NCBI GenBank assembly: GCA_034117945.1
Contig: JAXEOR010000156.1
Location: 1-38,556, forward strand
Source of the DNA: Clostridia bacterium
Lineage (GTDB): Bacteria > Bacillota > Clostridia > HGM11514
Direction: 5' to 3'
DNA: 38,556 bases
Positions within the stretch are counted from its first letter, which is position 1. The number at the start of each line of letters is the position of its first letter. Shown here one piece after another: positions 8,179-18,318 of the stretch. The position numbers and the translations under genes are program-made. The notes beneath the pieces were generated by a model that saw only the letters and a list, made by a program, of their open reading frames with translations, had not been told where the DNA came from and did no database searches.

Positions 8179-8976
8179 TCAGCAGGACATATATTGCCTT
8201 GGGGACAGGCCTGTTTTTTGCTTAAATACCTTTGAAAAGTAAAAAGGATCCTTGTATCCGGATAAAGAGGCAATATCGCTCACGCTTGTCAACCCCTGCT
8301 TCATAAGCGTGCAGGCATACTGGATTCTGACCGTGTTTAAGTATTCTGTAAATCCCATGGACATTTCCTTTTTAAAAACACTTGAGATATAGTGAGGATT
8401 GTATGAAACGGCGTCACTGATTGTTTTCAGAGATAACCGGCAATTGGTCAGATTTTCATCAATATATTTTTTGATACACAAAAAGGCATCGGAGCGTTTG
8501 TCTGCGGCTTGCTCCTCATGCAGTGTTTTGGTGCCGATCAGCGTAAAGGTGTATAGCAAAATGCTTTCGCTGATTATATCTGTGAGCTGTTCGTTCACAT
8601 GAATGCCGTATTCCCAAAATGCGGCGGCTTCGCTACAGCCGGGAAAATAAAAGTTGTTTTTGGAAATCCCCGTCTTTTCCATGATTTGATTGCTTCTTGC
8701 GCCAAGAAAGCTGATATATAAATAAGTAAAATTTTCTTTGGATTCAATTTCAAAGGGAATTCCCGGAAAGGTGAAAAAAATATCCCCCTCGCAGCAAGGC
8801 TGAACCTTCCCTAAGGTATGCAGAAAGCCGGTTCCGCTGTAAACATAATACATTTTGAACACAGCCTCCGTTTTCAGGGAACGGTATTTCTGCGGCTTGG
8901 TTTCAAATACAAAATGAATGGTATGAATGGAATGCAAATCCTGATGATACGGAATAAAATGGCAGATGTTATTCAT
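8179..8976 (-). CDS. AraC-family transcriptional regulator
   Basis: The C-terminal double HTH carries the signature GYKDPFYFSKVFKQKTGLSPRQY. The N-terminus is cupin-like. The gene is divergent from the oxidoreductase/transporter genes. Confidence 0.85.
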   Translation of the reverse strand: MNNICHFIPYHQDLHSIHTIHFVFETKPQKYRSLKTEAVFKMYYVYSGTGFLHTLGKVQPCCEGDIFFTFPGIPFEIESKENFTYLYISFLGARSNQIMEKTGISKNNFYFPGCSEAAAFWEYGIHVNEQLTDIISESILLYTFTLIGTKTLHEEQAADKRSDAFLCIKKYIDENLTNCRLSLKTISDAVSYNPHYISSVFKKEMSMGFTEYLNTVRIQYACTLMKQGLTSVSDIASLSGYKDPFYFSKVFKQKTGLSPRQYMSC

Positions 8977-9141
8977 TTCAAACTCTCCGGCGCTGTATTT
9001 TCTGTTCTTTTATTATACGATAAAAAAATAAAAAATGCAAGAAATATATGAAGATTTTCTTGGTATAAATGGATTTTAACCATTTTTATTATTCCATCTT
9101 TTTGTTATAATAAGCATATCAAATAGCCAAAGGAGGTTTTT

Positions 9142-10473
9142 GTGGTGAAAAAAATACAAATCGGAGTACTGGGTGCGTACCGGGGAACCAGTATGATCAA
9201 TTACTGTGAGCGTGCAGATAATGCAGAGGTGGTGGCGATCTGCGATAAAGATCCGGATGCTCTTCGTTTTCAGCAGGAACATCTGAAGGATGACCGCATT
9301 TCCTATTATGACCGTTTTGAGGATTTTATCAACCATGATATGGATGCAGTGGTACTTGCCAATTATGCCAACGAACATGCTCCCTTTGCCATTCGGGCCA
9401 TGAACAAGGGACTGCATGTTTTTTCGGAGGTGTTGCCCTGCCAGACGATGAAGGAAGCAGTTGCCCTGATTGAAACGGTGGAGCAAACGGGCATGATTTA
9501 TGCTTACGGTGAAAATTTTTGCTATATGTCTGCGCCGTACGAAATGAAAAAGCTATATCAGAAGGGGAAAATCGGTGAGCTGGAATATGCGGAATGTGAA
9601 TATGTTCATAACTGTCAGCCTATCTGGCACGCAATTACCTACGGGCAAAGGGAGCATTGGCGGAACAATATGTATTCCACCTTTTACTGCACCCATTCTC
9701 TGGGACCGATCATTCATGCAACAGGGTTGAGGCCGGTTTCTGTTACAGGCTTTGAGGGAACGCAGACAGGTCGAAAGCTGCAGGTGGGAAGCAAAAGTGG
9801 CTCCTTCGGGATTGAGATGGTAACGTTGGAAAACGGCGCTATCATAAAAAGCATACATGGGGGATTGTATAAAAACAATGTTTGGTATTGCATGTACGGC
9901 TCAAAGGGAGTTATGGAATCAGGCAGAGAAAATGTTGAAAACAGTGGCTGTGTTGATCAAATTCATCTCAACACAGATGACTATGAAGGGGGATATGATA
10001 CAGCCAAGAAGGAATGTTACCGGCCCACTCGCGGGATGGAGGATCAGATTGAGGGCTATGGTCACGGCGGCTCGGATTTTTACTCCATGTATCATTTTAT
10101 TGAAAAAATAAAGGGAAATCCGAAGGCGGATACCATTGATGTATATGAGGCTCTTGATATGTTTTTACCCGGCATGTTTGCCTACCGTTCCATTCTTGCC
10201 GGCGGGATTCCTATGAATATTCCGAATTTAAGAAATCAGGCCGAGCGGGATCGGTGGAGAAACGACACGGCATGTACTGATCCAAAGGTGGCAGGAGATA
10301 TGCTTTGGCCTACCTTTTCCAAGGGAACACCCGAAATTGAAGACGGGGTTTATGAGCATATGAAGGCTCTTTGGGAGCAGGAGGCGCAAAATGATACCGG
10401 CTATCGGCACGCTGCACTGCATCAAAGTTCAAAAAAACAAAAGGATTCTGATGAAGCCGGGGCAACTCAGTGA
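9142..10473 (+). CDS. Gfo/Idh/MocA-family NAD(P)-dependent oxidoreductase
   Basis: The N-terminal Rossmann segment is KIQIGVLGAYRGTS...VVAICD. The GTG start is preceded by AAAGGAGG. Confidence 0.8.
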   Translation: MVKKIQIGVLGAYRGTSMINYCERADNAEVVAICDKDPDALRFQQEHLKDDRISYYDRFEDFINHDMDAVVLANYANEHAPFAIRAMNKGLHVFSEVLPCQTMKEAVALIETVEQTGMIYAYGENFCYMSAPYEMKKLYQKGKIGELEYAECEYVHNCQPIWHAITYGQREHWRNNMYSTFYCTHSLGPIIHATGLRPVSVTGFEGTQTGRKLQVGSKSGSFGIEMVTLENGAIIKSIHGGLYKNNVWYCMYGSKGVMESGRENVENSGCVDQIHLNTDDYEGGYDTAKKECYRPTRGMEDQIEGYGHGGSDFYSMYHFIEKIKGNPKADTIDVYEALDMFLPGMFAYRSILAGGIPMNIPNLRNQAERDRWRNDTACTDPKVAGDMLWPTFSKGTPEIEDGVYEHMKALWEQEAQNDTGYRHAALHQSSKKQKDSDEAGATQ

Positions 10474-11318
10474 TGTATTATGTTTTGCTGGCCGGTTCAG
10501 CATTGCTGTTTTCTGTGCAATTTTTGCTTAATGAAAAATATCAAAAGCAGGCTGGGAGCGGATGGGATGCCTCTTTAAAATTTTCCTTGTATTCCTCGGT
10601 GACGGGGCTGGCAGTTCTGCTGATAATCAATCGGTTTCGACTTGAGGTATCGTTATTTTCTGTACTGGTTGCTGCTTTTTATTCTGCCATTCTGATCGGG
10701 CTGAATGCTTGCTCGGTTTGTGCCTTTCAATGGGCAAATCTGTCGGTATATTCTGTTTTTTCCATGGTCGGAGGCATGCTGTTGCCCTTTTTGTATGGGG
10801 TGATCTGCGGGGAAAAACTGACGGGAATGAGGATTGCCTGTTGCCTGCTGATTGCGGTCTCTGTGCTGATGAATCTGAATCGGGGTAGTCATGGCAAAAA
10901 GGCCTTTCGATATTACATGGCGGTATTTGTCTTGAATGGAATGGTGGGTGTTGTTTCAAAATTTCATCAGTCCAATCCATCCCTGTGCGTAGACAGCGCA
11001 AGTTTTTTGATTCATACCAAAATGATTACCGGGGCAGCATGCGCAATACTCCTTGCTGCGGGAAAGTCCAAGGGCTTTGCAATCGGTAAAAAAGCGTTTG
11101 CTTATTCTGCAGTTAGTGCCGTGCTAAACAGCGGAGCAAATCTGATCCTTTTAATTGCGCTGCTTCGTTTACCTGCCTCTGTGCAGTATCCGGTTGTTAC
11201 CGGGGGTGTAATTGTGTTTTCGTGCCTGATTGATTTGATCAGAGGGGAAACTGTCAGAAAAAAGGAGCTCATTGCGGCTCTTGTTGCCTTTTTATCAACT
11301 CTTATGATGGCTTTTTAA
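10470..11318 (+). CDS. Multi-pass membrane transporter, DMT/EamA-like (possibly a GRP-type sugar transporter)
   Basis: The roughly 280-aa protein has 9-10 hydrophobic helices arranged as two halves. It overlaps the stop of the oxidoreductase gene. The likely start is ATG 10473. Confidence 0.5.
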   Translation: MMYYVLLAGSALLFSVQFLLNEKYQKQAGSGWDASLKFSLYSSVTGLAVLLIINRFRLEVSLFSVLVAAFYSAILIGLNACSVCAFQWANLSVYSVFSMVGGMLLPFLYGVICGEKLTGMRIACCLLIAVSVLMNLNRGSHGKKAFRYYMAVFVLNGMVGVVSKFHQSNPSLCVDSASFLIHTKMITGAACAILLAAGKSKGFAIGKKAFAYSAVSAVLNSGANLILLIALLRLPASVQYPVVTGGVIVFSCLIDLIRGETVRKKELIAALVAFLSTLMMAF

Positions 11319-11364
11319 GTCGCTTTTGGAATGATAGCTACAGGCTTTGACAAGGGTTGTCTCA

Positions 11365-11402
11365 TAAAAAATGCCGCAGGAATTTTCATCTTCCTGCGGC
11401 AT
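11365..11402 (-). terminator. clpC intrinsic terminator (bidirectional hairpin)
   Basis: ATGCCGCAGGA...TCCTGCGGCAT stem at 11371-11402, with an A-run at 11366-11370 that is a T-run on the minus strand. Confidence 0.75.
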
Positions 11403-11411
11403 TTGCCCTTG

Positions 11412-13847
11412 TTATTGAATGCAAAAGGCATTGTCTTTATAATCTACTGTAATATGGTCGCCATCCTTAATTTTTTGTTCCAGCATTTGTTCTGCGATCA
11501 AATCCTCAATATTGGAGGTAATCGCCCGGCGCAGAGGTCTGGCACCGTATACCGGGTCAAAGCCTACGTCTGCCAGGTGAGATACGGCGGCGTCGCTGTA
11601 CTGAGCGGTGATGTTCCGCTGAGCAAGCCGGCTTGACAGCTGCTCCAGCATATTCCGGGCAATTTGTTCAATCGCCTCATGAGACAGGGGCTGGAATACA
11701 ATGATATCGTCAATCCGGTTTAAAAATTCCGGCCGGAAGGCTTTTTTGAGCTCACCCATAACGTTGCCGCGAATGGCCTGGTAATCCGCTTCCTTCTGAT
11801 TGGTGTCAGAGGAGAAGCCCAGCGCCTTTTTTTGATCGGTAATCTGACGGGCGCCGATGTTGGAGGTCATGATGATGATGGTGTTTTTGAAGTTCACTCG
11901 GCGACCCTGAGAATCGGTCAGCATGCCGTCCTCCATAATTTGCAGAAGAATGTTAAACACATCCGGATGGGCTTTTTCTATTTCATCAAACAGAATGACC
12001 GAATAGGGCTTGCGGCGCACCTTATCTGTCAGCTGACCGCCCTCGTCGTAGCCCACATATCCCGGAGGTGACCCGACCATACGAGAGACGGAGTGCTTTT
12101 CCATATATTCAGACATATCTACCCGAATCATTGCGTCTTCATCCCCGAACAGAGCCTCTGCCAAAGCCTTTGACAGCTCGGTTTTGCCTACGCCGGTGGG
12201 TCCTAAGAATAAGAAGGAGCCGGTGGGGCGCTTGGGATCTGCCAGGCCGACCCGACCCCGGCGAATGGCCTTTGCGATCGCAGTAACGGCTTCATCCTGG
12301 CCGATAACCCGCTTATGAAGGAGCTCTTCCATGTGCAGCAGCTTTTGAGATTCCTCTTCCTGTAGACTTTTGACGGGAATTCCTGTCCAGTCAGACAAAA
12401 TAGCCGCAATTTCCTCTTTGCCAATCTGCTTGTGATTGGCTGCCGAGGTTTTTTCCCAGGCTGTTTTCTTTTCTTCCAATTCTGCCTTTAAGGAGGTCTC
12501 CTGGTCACGGTATTTGGCCGCTTTTTCAAAATCCTGGTGATTGACAGCCTCTGCCTTTTCCTTATCCAGCATTTCCAGTCGATCCTCCAGCTCCTTTAAG
12601 GCGGGCGGAGCGGTCAGGGTTTGCAGACGCATTCTGCTGGCGGCTTCATCAATTAAATCAATTGCCTTATCGGGCAAAAAGCGGTCTGCAATATACCGGT
12701 GCGACAGCTCGGCGGCTGCTTGCAGTGCCTCGTCTGTAATGGCAACCCCGTGATGGGCTTCATATTTATCCCGCAGACCCTTTAAGATCTGAACGGTTTC
12801 CTCCACGGTGGGCTCCCCTATCGTTACAGGCTGAAAGCGGCGTTCCAGAGCGGCATCCTTTTCAATATATTTCTTATATTCATTCAGGGTGGTTGCTCCT
12901 ACCACCTGCATTTCTCCCCGAGCAAGAGCGGGCTTTAAAATGTTGGAGGCATCGATGGCGCCTTCCGCCGCCCCTGCACCGATGATGGTATGCATTTCAT
13001 CGATAAAAATGATCACGTTTTTGGCCGCAATAATTTCATCAATGGCTTTTTTCAGCCGTTCCTCAAATTCTCCCCGATATTTGGCTCCTGCTACCATAGA
13101 GGACAAATCCAGTGTAACAACCCGTTTGTCCCGCAGCAGCTCCGGCACGTTTCCCTGGGCAATTTTTTGTGCCAGCCCTTCGGCGATAGCGGTTTTTCCA
13201 ACTCCCGGTTCTCCGATCAGGCAGGGATTATTTTTGGTTCTGCGGCTTAAAATTTGAATGACCCGCTCAATTTCCTTATCCCGGCCGATGACCGGATCAA
13301 ATTTGCCTTCCTTGGCCATAGCGGTCAAATCCCGGCCAAATTCCTCCAGGGTGGGGGTTGCGGTGTTCTGGGAAGGGGAGGAGCCTGTTGCTCCGCCGCT
13401 TGCTCCCTGCTGAATTGCGCCTGCCAGCTGACTGAACAGCTTTTGCAGATCAACGCCCAGCTCGGATAGTATTTGCAGAGCCACGCTTTCACCTTCCCGT
13501 AAAATACCAAGCAAAATGTGCTCCGTTCCAATATAGCTGTGGCCCAATCGGCTTGCTTCCGCCGCGCTCAGCTCCAGAATCCGTTTGGTTCTGGGAGTTA
13601 AGCCCTCGGGAGCACCCCCGTCCGGTGCTGCTGAGCCGATCAGTCGGCTGATGCAATCCTCTACCTGTGCGGCTGTAACGCCTGTTTGTTCTATTAGCTT
13701 CGCTGCCAGGCAGTCTTTGGTTTTCATCAATCCCAGCAGCAAATGCTCTGAGCCGATATAATGATGACCCAGCTGAATGGCAGACTGCTCTGCCAGCTGT
13801 AAGGCCTGCTGTGCCTTTTGCGTAAAGCTGTGATAAAATCCTGCCAT
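11412..13847 (-). CDS. clpC: ATP-dependent Clp protease ATP-binding subunit ClpC
   Basis: The 811-aa protein has two N-terminal Clp repeats and two AAA+ modules (GEPGVGKT and GPTGVGKT). A UVR-like linker ([11 protein letters not shown]) is present. It lies downstream of mcsB. Confidence 0.95.
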   Translation of the reverse strand: MAGFYHSFTQKAQQALQLAEQSAIQLGHHYIGSEHLLLGLMKTKDCLAAKLIEQTGVTAAQVEDCISRLIGSAAPDGGAPEGLTPRTKRILELSAAEASRLGHSYIGTEHILLGILREGESVALQILSELGVDLQKLFSQLAGAIQQGASGGATGSSPSQNTATPTLEEFGRDLTAMAKEGKFDPVIGRDKEIERVIQILSRRTKNNPCLIGEPGVGKTAIAEGLAQKIAQGNVPELLRDKRVVTLDLSSMVAGAKYRGEFEERLKKAIDEIIAAKNVIIFIDEMHTIIGAGAAEGAIDASNILKPALARGEMQVVGATTLNEYKKYIEKDAALERRFQPVTIGEPTVEETVQILKGLRDKYEAHHGVAITDEALQAAAELSHRYIADRFLPDKAIDLIDEAASRMRLQTLTAPPALKELEDRLEMLDKEKAEAVNHQDFEKAAKYRDQETSLKAELEEKKTAWEKTSAANHKQIGKEEIAAILSDWTGIPVKSLQEEESQKLLHMEELLHKRVIGQDEAVTAIAKAIRRGRVGLADPKRPTGSFLFLGPTGVGKTELSKALAEALFGDEDAMIRVDMSEYMEKHSVSRMVGSPPGYVGYDEGGQLTDKVRRKPYSVILFDEIEKAHPDVFNILLQIMEDGMLTDSQGRRVNFKNTIIIMTSNIGARQITDQKKALGFSSDTNQKEADYQAIRGNVMGELKKAFRPEFLNRIDDIIVFQPLSHEAIEQIARNMLEQLSSRLAQRNITAQYSDAAVSHLADVGFDPVYGARPLRRAITSNIEDLIAEQMLEQKIKDGDHITVDYKDNAFCIQ

Positions 13848-13849
13848 GG

Positions 13850-14854
13850 TTACTCATCCTTTCCGTTTTCAATTTCTTTTCTCAAATAGCCGGCTCGTTC
13901 AAAGTCGCGCTCTGCCGGCGTCAGCTCCCGGCCGCAGCGCTTTTGCAGATTGGCTGGCTGCACATCAATCATCAGCTGGTTTAAGTGCCGGGAGGTGATG
14001 TGGGTAATGATGCCCATGGAAATTCCCAGACGAATCTGGGAAGCCAATGCCATAAATTCCTTTGCAGACATAATTTGCGCATATTTGACCGTGCCGAAGG
14101 CTCTCCATACCAGATCGCACATTTCCGACCTGTTCCGTTCCACCATCGCCCGCCGAAGCTCCATTTCCCGTTCCACAATCTGTTCTGTAACGGACTGTAA
14201 ATGATTTAAGGTTTCCTGCTCCGAGATTCCTAAGGTGATTTGATTGGAGATTTGATACAAATCCCCCTCTGCCTGGCTGCCTTCTCCGTAGATGCCCCGA
14301 ACGGCAAAGCCCATTTTTCCCACAGAAGCAATCAGGCCGTTGATCTGGTGATTGGCCGTGAGGGCAGGAAGGTGAAGCATCACCGAAGCCCGCATTCCTG
14401 TTCCTGCATTGGTAGGACAGGAGGTTAAATATCCGGTTTGTTCATCAAAGGCAAAGGTAAGGGTGCTTTCCAGCCTGTCATCTGCCTGATCGGCCTTTTC
14501 ATAGGCCTGCTGCAGCTGAAACCCGGGTACAATGCTTTGAATTCTGAAATGATCCTCCTCATTGATCATAATGCTGACCGATTGATCCTTGGACAGCAGC
14601 AGGGCGCTGTGCCGGTTGCTTTGCGCCAAGGCCGGGCTGATCAAATGCTGTTCGATCAGAGCCTGCTGATCCAAAGGGGTCATGGCGGTAAGATCCAGAC
14701 AGGTAAATTCCTTTCCTGCTGCCTCCCGTGCTTTTTGAATTACTTGATTTGCCTGCGCCGGCGTCATTTTGTTCGGGAATGGAAACTCGGATAAATTCCG
14801 AGCCAGACGAACTCTGCTGCTGAGGACGACATCCTGTTCCATTTGGCTGCTCAT
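13850..14854 (-). CDS. mcsB: Protein arginine kinase McsB
   Basis: It has the guanidino-kinase motif NEEDHFRIQ and the CPTNAGTGMRAS motif. It sits between mcsA and clpC. Confidence 0.9.
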   Translation of the reverse strand: MSSQMEQDVVLSSRVRLARNLSEFPFPNKMTPAQANQVIQKAREAAGKEFTCLDLTAMTPLDQQALIEQHLISPALAQSNRHSALLLSKDQSVSIMINEEDHFRIQSIVPGFQLQQAYEKADQADDRLESTLTFAFDEQTGYLTSCPTNAGTGMRASVMLHLPALTANHQINGLIASVGKMGFAVRGIYGEGSQAEGDLYQISNQITLGISEQETLNHLQSVTEQIVEREMELRRAMVERNRSEMCDLVWRAFGTVKYAQIMSAKEFMALASQIRLGISMGIITHITSRHLNQLMIDVQPANLQKRCGRELTPAERDFERAGYLRKEIENGKDE

Positions 14855-15324
14855 TGTTCTCCCCCCTCCAGACGTTTGATTTCATCTCTTAACTGTGCCG
14901 CCAGCTCAAAGTTTTGCTCCTGAACGGCTTGATCCATTTTGCTGTGCAATTCGTCCAGCTGACTTTTGATGCGCAAAGCTCCGCCGCCCCTTTTGGGAAT
15001 TTTCCCGGTATGGCGGGTGTGACCGTGAATCCTTTTCAATAAGGAAGGAACCTGATCGGAAAAGGCCTGATAGCAATCCTGACAGCCAAACTTGCCTTCC
15101 TCTGAAAATTCCTGCAGGGTCAGTCCGCAGCGGGGGCAGGACAATTTGTTTTCCCGGAACAGATTGGGCGTCAGCCACAAGGGGTCCAGGTCAAAGCTGT
15201 GAAAAGAGAACAGCTTCATTTTATTGGCGCATTCCTGACACAAATCGTATTCTGCTTTTTTGCCGTTGATGATTTCCTGATAGTGGACAGTTGCGGGATT
15301 TTTATTGCATTTTGAGCATAACAT
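14851..15324 (-). CDS. mcsA: McsA (UvrB/UvrC-motif, zinc-finger activator of McsB)
   Basis: The N-terminus has CxxC pairs (CSKC...CQEC, CPRC...CQDC). The C-terminus has the UVR motif FELAAQLRDEIKRLE. Confidence 0.85.
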   Translation of the reverse strand: MLCSKCNKNPATVHYQEIINGKKAEYDLCQECANKMKLFSFHSFDLDPLWLTPNLFRENKLSCPRCGLTLQEFSEEGKFGCQDCYQAFSDQVPSLLKRIHGHTRHTGKIPKRGGGALRIKSQLDELHSKMDQAVQEQNFELAAQLRDEIKRLEGGEQ

Positions 15325-15337
15325 AAAAAAGACCTCC

Positions 15338-15793
15338 TTATGATAATTTTGCTAACATATTTTTTAATAACACTGCTCTGACCTGATCCTTTTGGGGTTG
15401 AGGCAAAGGCAGAGACTGATCTGACAGGGCGGCGGACATCAATTCTGCTTCCCGGTAGGTAATATGGCCGCTTTCATAAAAGTTTTTGATAAATACCTGT
15501 ACCGAAAGCTGGTTGATTTGATTTCCCACCGAATTGATGACATGCATCATATAATTATCCGGACTCATAGCCACCCGGCGGATCTTGATGGAACCGCCGC
15601 CCCCTCTGCGGCTTTCTACAATGTAGCCGTTTTCTGTGTTAAATCTTGTAGAAATCACATAATTGATTTGAGAGGGAACGCAGTTGAACTGACCGGCCAG
15701 CTCGTTTCGTTTGATCTCCACCTCTCCCTGCTGCTCTTGAATCAGATCCAGCAGAAATTGCTCGATCACATCGCTGATTTTCATGGGTAACAC
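15338..15793 (-). CDS. ctsR: CtsR, class III stress gene repressor
   Basis: The gene is 151 aa and first in the ctsR-mcsA-mcsB-clpC order. It contains ESRRGGGGSIKI, the CtsR glycine-rich loop. A perfect CtsR box lies upstream. Confidence 0.9.
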   Translation of the reverse strand: MLPMKISDVIEQFLLDLIQEQQGEVEIKRNELAGQFNCVPSQINYVISTRFNTENGYIVESRRGGGGSIKIRRVAMSPDNYMMHVINSVGNQINQLSVQVFIKNFYESGHITYREAELMSAALSDQSLPLPQPQKDQVRAVLLKNMLAKLS

Positions 15794-15805
15794 CTCTTTT
15801 ATGAC

Positions 15806-15822
15806 TTTGACTATCTTTGACT
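15806..15822 (-). promoter_or_regulatory. CtsR operator (heptad direct repeat)
   Basis: The minus strand reads AGTCAAA-GAT-AGTCAAA. This matches the published consensus (A/G)GTCAAA-NAN-(A/G)GTCAAA. It lies just downstream of the -10 box. Confidence 0.85.
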
Positions 15823-15830
15823 TTAATTAT

Positions 15831-15858
15831 ATTATAGCACATTCTCCAAAAATGTCAA
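15831..15858 (-). promoter_or_regulatory. Sigma-A promoter of the ctsR operon
   Basis: On the minus strand: TTGACA (15853-15858), a 16-nt spacer, then an extended -10 TGCTATAAT (TATAAT at 15831-15836). Confidence 0.7.
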
Positions 15859-16051
15859 GTATTTTTTTAAAAAAAATGAAAATTATTTTTGATTAATTTT
15901 CAAATACATCTTTCCTTTTGAAAAAAATTTTGATATAATAAGTAGTGAATCGTTTATTGCCCGACTTTGGCGGGAGGGAAACAATAGAGGATCCTGACTA
16001 TTCGTTAGCATAGCCAAAAATGATGAAAAGATACGGGAGGAAACAGAAAAC

Positions 16052-17485
16052 ATGAAACAGACGTATTGGAAAACCATGCGGTTTCAATTGATGAAGCTGC
16101 TACCCGGACTGCTTTCTATGATCATCTCCGGGGTGTTGTTGGTACCGGTAAGGCTTTGGTGCGATCATGGGCTGGAGGGCTCCGGCAGAGGAGTAATCTT
16201 ATTGCTGTGGGCCGGCATTTCCGGGTTGGTATATTATTTTATTGTACATTATTACGGATATCTGTTTCAGACCGCCTTTTTGGCGGCGGTGGCAGAGGTA
16301 GCGGTGAATCAGGCTCCTCCTTCCAGCTACCGTGACTTTGTTCAGGAGTTTGTAAAGGGGCAGTTTGCAAAGCCCGCCAGTTATCGCTATCTGCACGGTC
16401 TGGTGAAGCATTCCCTGGAGGAGCTCCATCAAGCCTCTGTGTGGAAGGATAAAATATTATTAAGATATTTATCGGTATGCTGTGTGTGCATTAATTTTTA
16501 TAAGAAGAAAGCAGGCCGCTATAAGAGCATTGCAGATGCGGTGGTGCTGTATTCCAAAAATCAAAAAAAGCTGTTGGCCTCCGGCCTTCAAACCGGCCTG
16601 ATTGTGTGCGGCAGCGTGTTGGCGGCAACCCTTTTATTCTGGCTGATTTACAGTGCCATTCCCGCTTTGGGATGGTTTTCCGCTCTGGTATTGGGCGCTA
16701 TGACCGCCGGCGTATTCAAATATGCGTTTTTGGACAGCTGGTTTTTAACCAGAGAGCTGCTGGTGCTTGGGCAGCTGGAGCAAATGCCGGTGGGAGGCGT
16801 GTATGAGGAGCTGAGCGCATCCTCCCGTTCCTTCCGCAAGCTGTATCATAAAATGCGGCGGGAGCAGTCCAGCCTGGACGCCAAGGAGGGAGCGCCGAAA
16901 TATGATCTTCATTCTCTGAAATACTGCGGAGAATGCGGTTCGCTGGTGGCAGAGGAAATTGGTGATGAGGAGGATGGTTATGAAAATAAGGTGGAGCAGG
17001 AAGACCAAACGACGGATCAAGGGCAGCCTCAAGCAGCTGAAACGGTCAGGGAAGGAGATTTCCAAGCTGCCTCGGAAGGTGAAACGGACGAAGGAGTGGA
17101 AGAACTTCTGCAAAGCCTCCAAGGAACTGAAGCGGCTGCCGGAATGGAAGGAGCTTCAGAAAACAGTCAGTCAGACGCCGTCCAGGAAAACAGTGAAGAA
17201 AACAGCCGGCCTTTGCCGCAAAACCATTCCGGCCGTCAAGGCAACAGCCCAAACGGCGGTAAAGATCGGAAAGCCGCTGGGAAAGATGCTTCGCAGGATG
17301 AGCAAAAGGTAGTATTTTGCGGAGAATGCGGTGCGGCGATTTTCCCGGGGGAGGCCTTCTGCGGAGAATGCGGAACCCCTGCGGAACGAAAAGAAAAGAA
17401 GCAAGAAATGCTTTGTAAAAATTGCGGGTCTGTGATCGCTCCGGGAGAGAAGTTTTGCGGAGAGTGCGGGACAACGGTCAAATAA
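16052..17485 (+). CDS. Membrane protein with an acidic low-complexity linker and multiple C-terminal zinc-ribbon repeats
   Basis: The N-terminal half has several TM helices. The middle is rich in E/D/Q/G. The CxxC pairs are CGECGSLV, FCGECGAAIFPGEAFCGECGTP and LCKNCGSVIAPGEKFCGECGTT. Confidence 0.6.
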   Translation: MKQTYWKTMRFQLMKLLPGLLSMIISGVLLVPVRLWCDHGLEGSGRGVILLLWAGISGLVYYFIVHYYGYLFQTAFLAAVAEVAVNQAPPSSYRDFVQEFVKGQFAKPASYRYLHGLVKHSLEELHQASVWKDKILLRYLSVCCVCINFYKKKAGRYKSIADAVVLYSKNQKKLLASGLQTGLIVCGSVLAATLLFWLIYSAIPALGWFSALVLGAMTAGVFKYAFLDSWFLTRELLVLGQLEQMPVGGVYEELSASSRSFRKLYHKMRREQSSLDAKEGAPKYDLHSLKYCGECGSLVAEEIGDEEDGYENKVEQEDQTTDQGQPQAAETVREGDFQAASEGETDEGVEELLQSLQGTEAAAGMEGASENSQSDAVQENSEENSRPLPQNHSGRQGNSPNGGKDRKAAGKDASQDEQKVVFCGECGAAIFPGEAFCGECGTPAERKEKKQEMLCKNCGSVIAPGEKFCGECGTTVK

Positions 17486-17518
17486 TGTTACAATTTCGTT
17501 AATTATTCGACAAACTAC

Positions 17519-17547
17519 TTGCCTTTTGTCCGCCGGACTGTTACAAT
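17519..17547 (+). promoter_or_regulatory. Candidate sigma-A promoter of the decarboxylase operon
   Basis: TTGCCT (17519-17524), a 17-nt spacer, then an extended -10 TGTTACAAT (TACAAT at 17542-17547). Confidence 0.5.
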
Positions 17548-17632
17548 AGAAAAGATTTCGGTTTCTGATTGCGTGCCTCCAAAGGGCGCATGGAAATAAA
17601 TGGTATACTTCTTTGAAAGGAGGCGTCGTTTT

Positions 17633-17908
17633 ATGGAGATTTCAAACGGGTTTGTATGCGCTATGGGAATCGGCGTTGTATTTGTCGGCCTGATCTGCAT
17701 TGTCATTCTTTGTATGATCATGAGCTATTTCTGTAAAGACAAAAAGCAACCGCAGCCGGCTGCAGCCCCTGCTCCCGCAGTGCCCGCCCAGCCTGCACTC
17801 ATTGCCAATAAGCAAGAGCTGATTGCAGGGATTTGCGCGGTGATTGCGGAGGAACTCGGAACAGAGGTAAAAAACATTCGCGTACTGTCTTTTAAAAAAA
17901 TAGTATGA
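17633..17908 (+). CDS. oadG: OadG-like gamma subunit of a Na+-translocating decarboxylase
   Basis: It has one N-terminal TM helix (FVCAMGIGVVFVGLICIVILCMI) followed by an Ala/Pro-rich segment. I chose ATG 17633 because GAAAGGAGG lies 8 nt upstream; the ORF track starts at 17600. Confidence 0.65.
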   Translation: MEISNGFVCAMGIGVVFVGLICIVILCMIMSYFCKDKKQPQPAAAPAPAVPAQPALIANKQELIAGICAVIAEELGTEVKNIRVLSFKKIV

Positions 17909-17939
17909 GAAAAATTGGATGAGAAGAGAGGTAAATGTG

Positions 17940-18299
17940 ATGAAAGAGTACAAAGTAAATGTAAACGGAACGGAATATCAGATTCAGATTGAGCTGACAA
18001 ATGAAACAGCAGCTCCCGCAGCGGCTCCGAAGGCGGCTCCTGCTCCTGCTCCTGCTGCAGCCCCTGCTCCCGCAGCAACCGGCGCAGGTCAGGCGATCAA
18101 CGCTCCCATGCCCGGAACCATACTGGATGTGAAGGTAAGCGTTGGGGATCAGGTAAAGAGCGGGCAGGTTCTGATGATCCTGGAGGCCATGAAAATGGAG
18201 AACGAAATCATGGCACCTGCAGACGGCACGGTTACCTCCGTGGGAGTGACCAAGGGAGCAACCGTAGAATCCGGTACGGCGCTGTGCACCATTCAATAA
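17940..18299 (+). CDS. Biotin carboxyl carrier (biotinyl-domain) subunit
   Basis: An Ala/Pro linker precedes the biotinylation motif [10 protein letters not shown] chose ATG 17940 because an AGAGAGG RBS precedes it; the ORF track starts at 17919. Confidence 0.85.
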   Translation: MKEYKVNVNGTEYQIQIELTNETAAPAAAPKAAPAPAPAAAPAPAATGAGQAINAPMPGTILDVKVSVGDQVKSGQVLMILEAMKMENEIMAPADGTVTSVGVTKGATVESGTALCTIQ

Positions 18300-18318
18300 T
18301 GAAGGGAGGTACAGCCGT

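Noticed and set aside
9106-9119. The 14-nt string TATAATAAGCATAT shared with 21187-21200
   Set aside because: Both copies are -10 regions of AT-rich promoters. A 14-mer match between two sites in 38 kb (both strands) of AT-biased sequence is within chance expectation.
11832-13531. Multiple antisense or alternative-frame ORFs inside clpC. Similar ORFs occur inside mcsB, oadA, the M13 peptidase gene, mnmA and others.
   Set aside because: They are frame shadows of long, well-supported genes. They lack an RBS and have biased Arg/Pro/Gly/Ser composition.
16959-17312. 117-aa Lys/Arg-rich ORF overlapping the acidic linker of the 16052-17485 gene
   Set aside because: It is the alternative frame of a GAA/GAG-rich region. 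Basic, low-complexity translation is the expected artefact.
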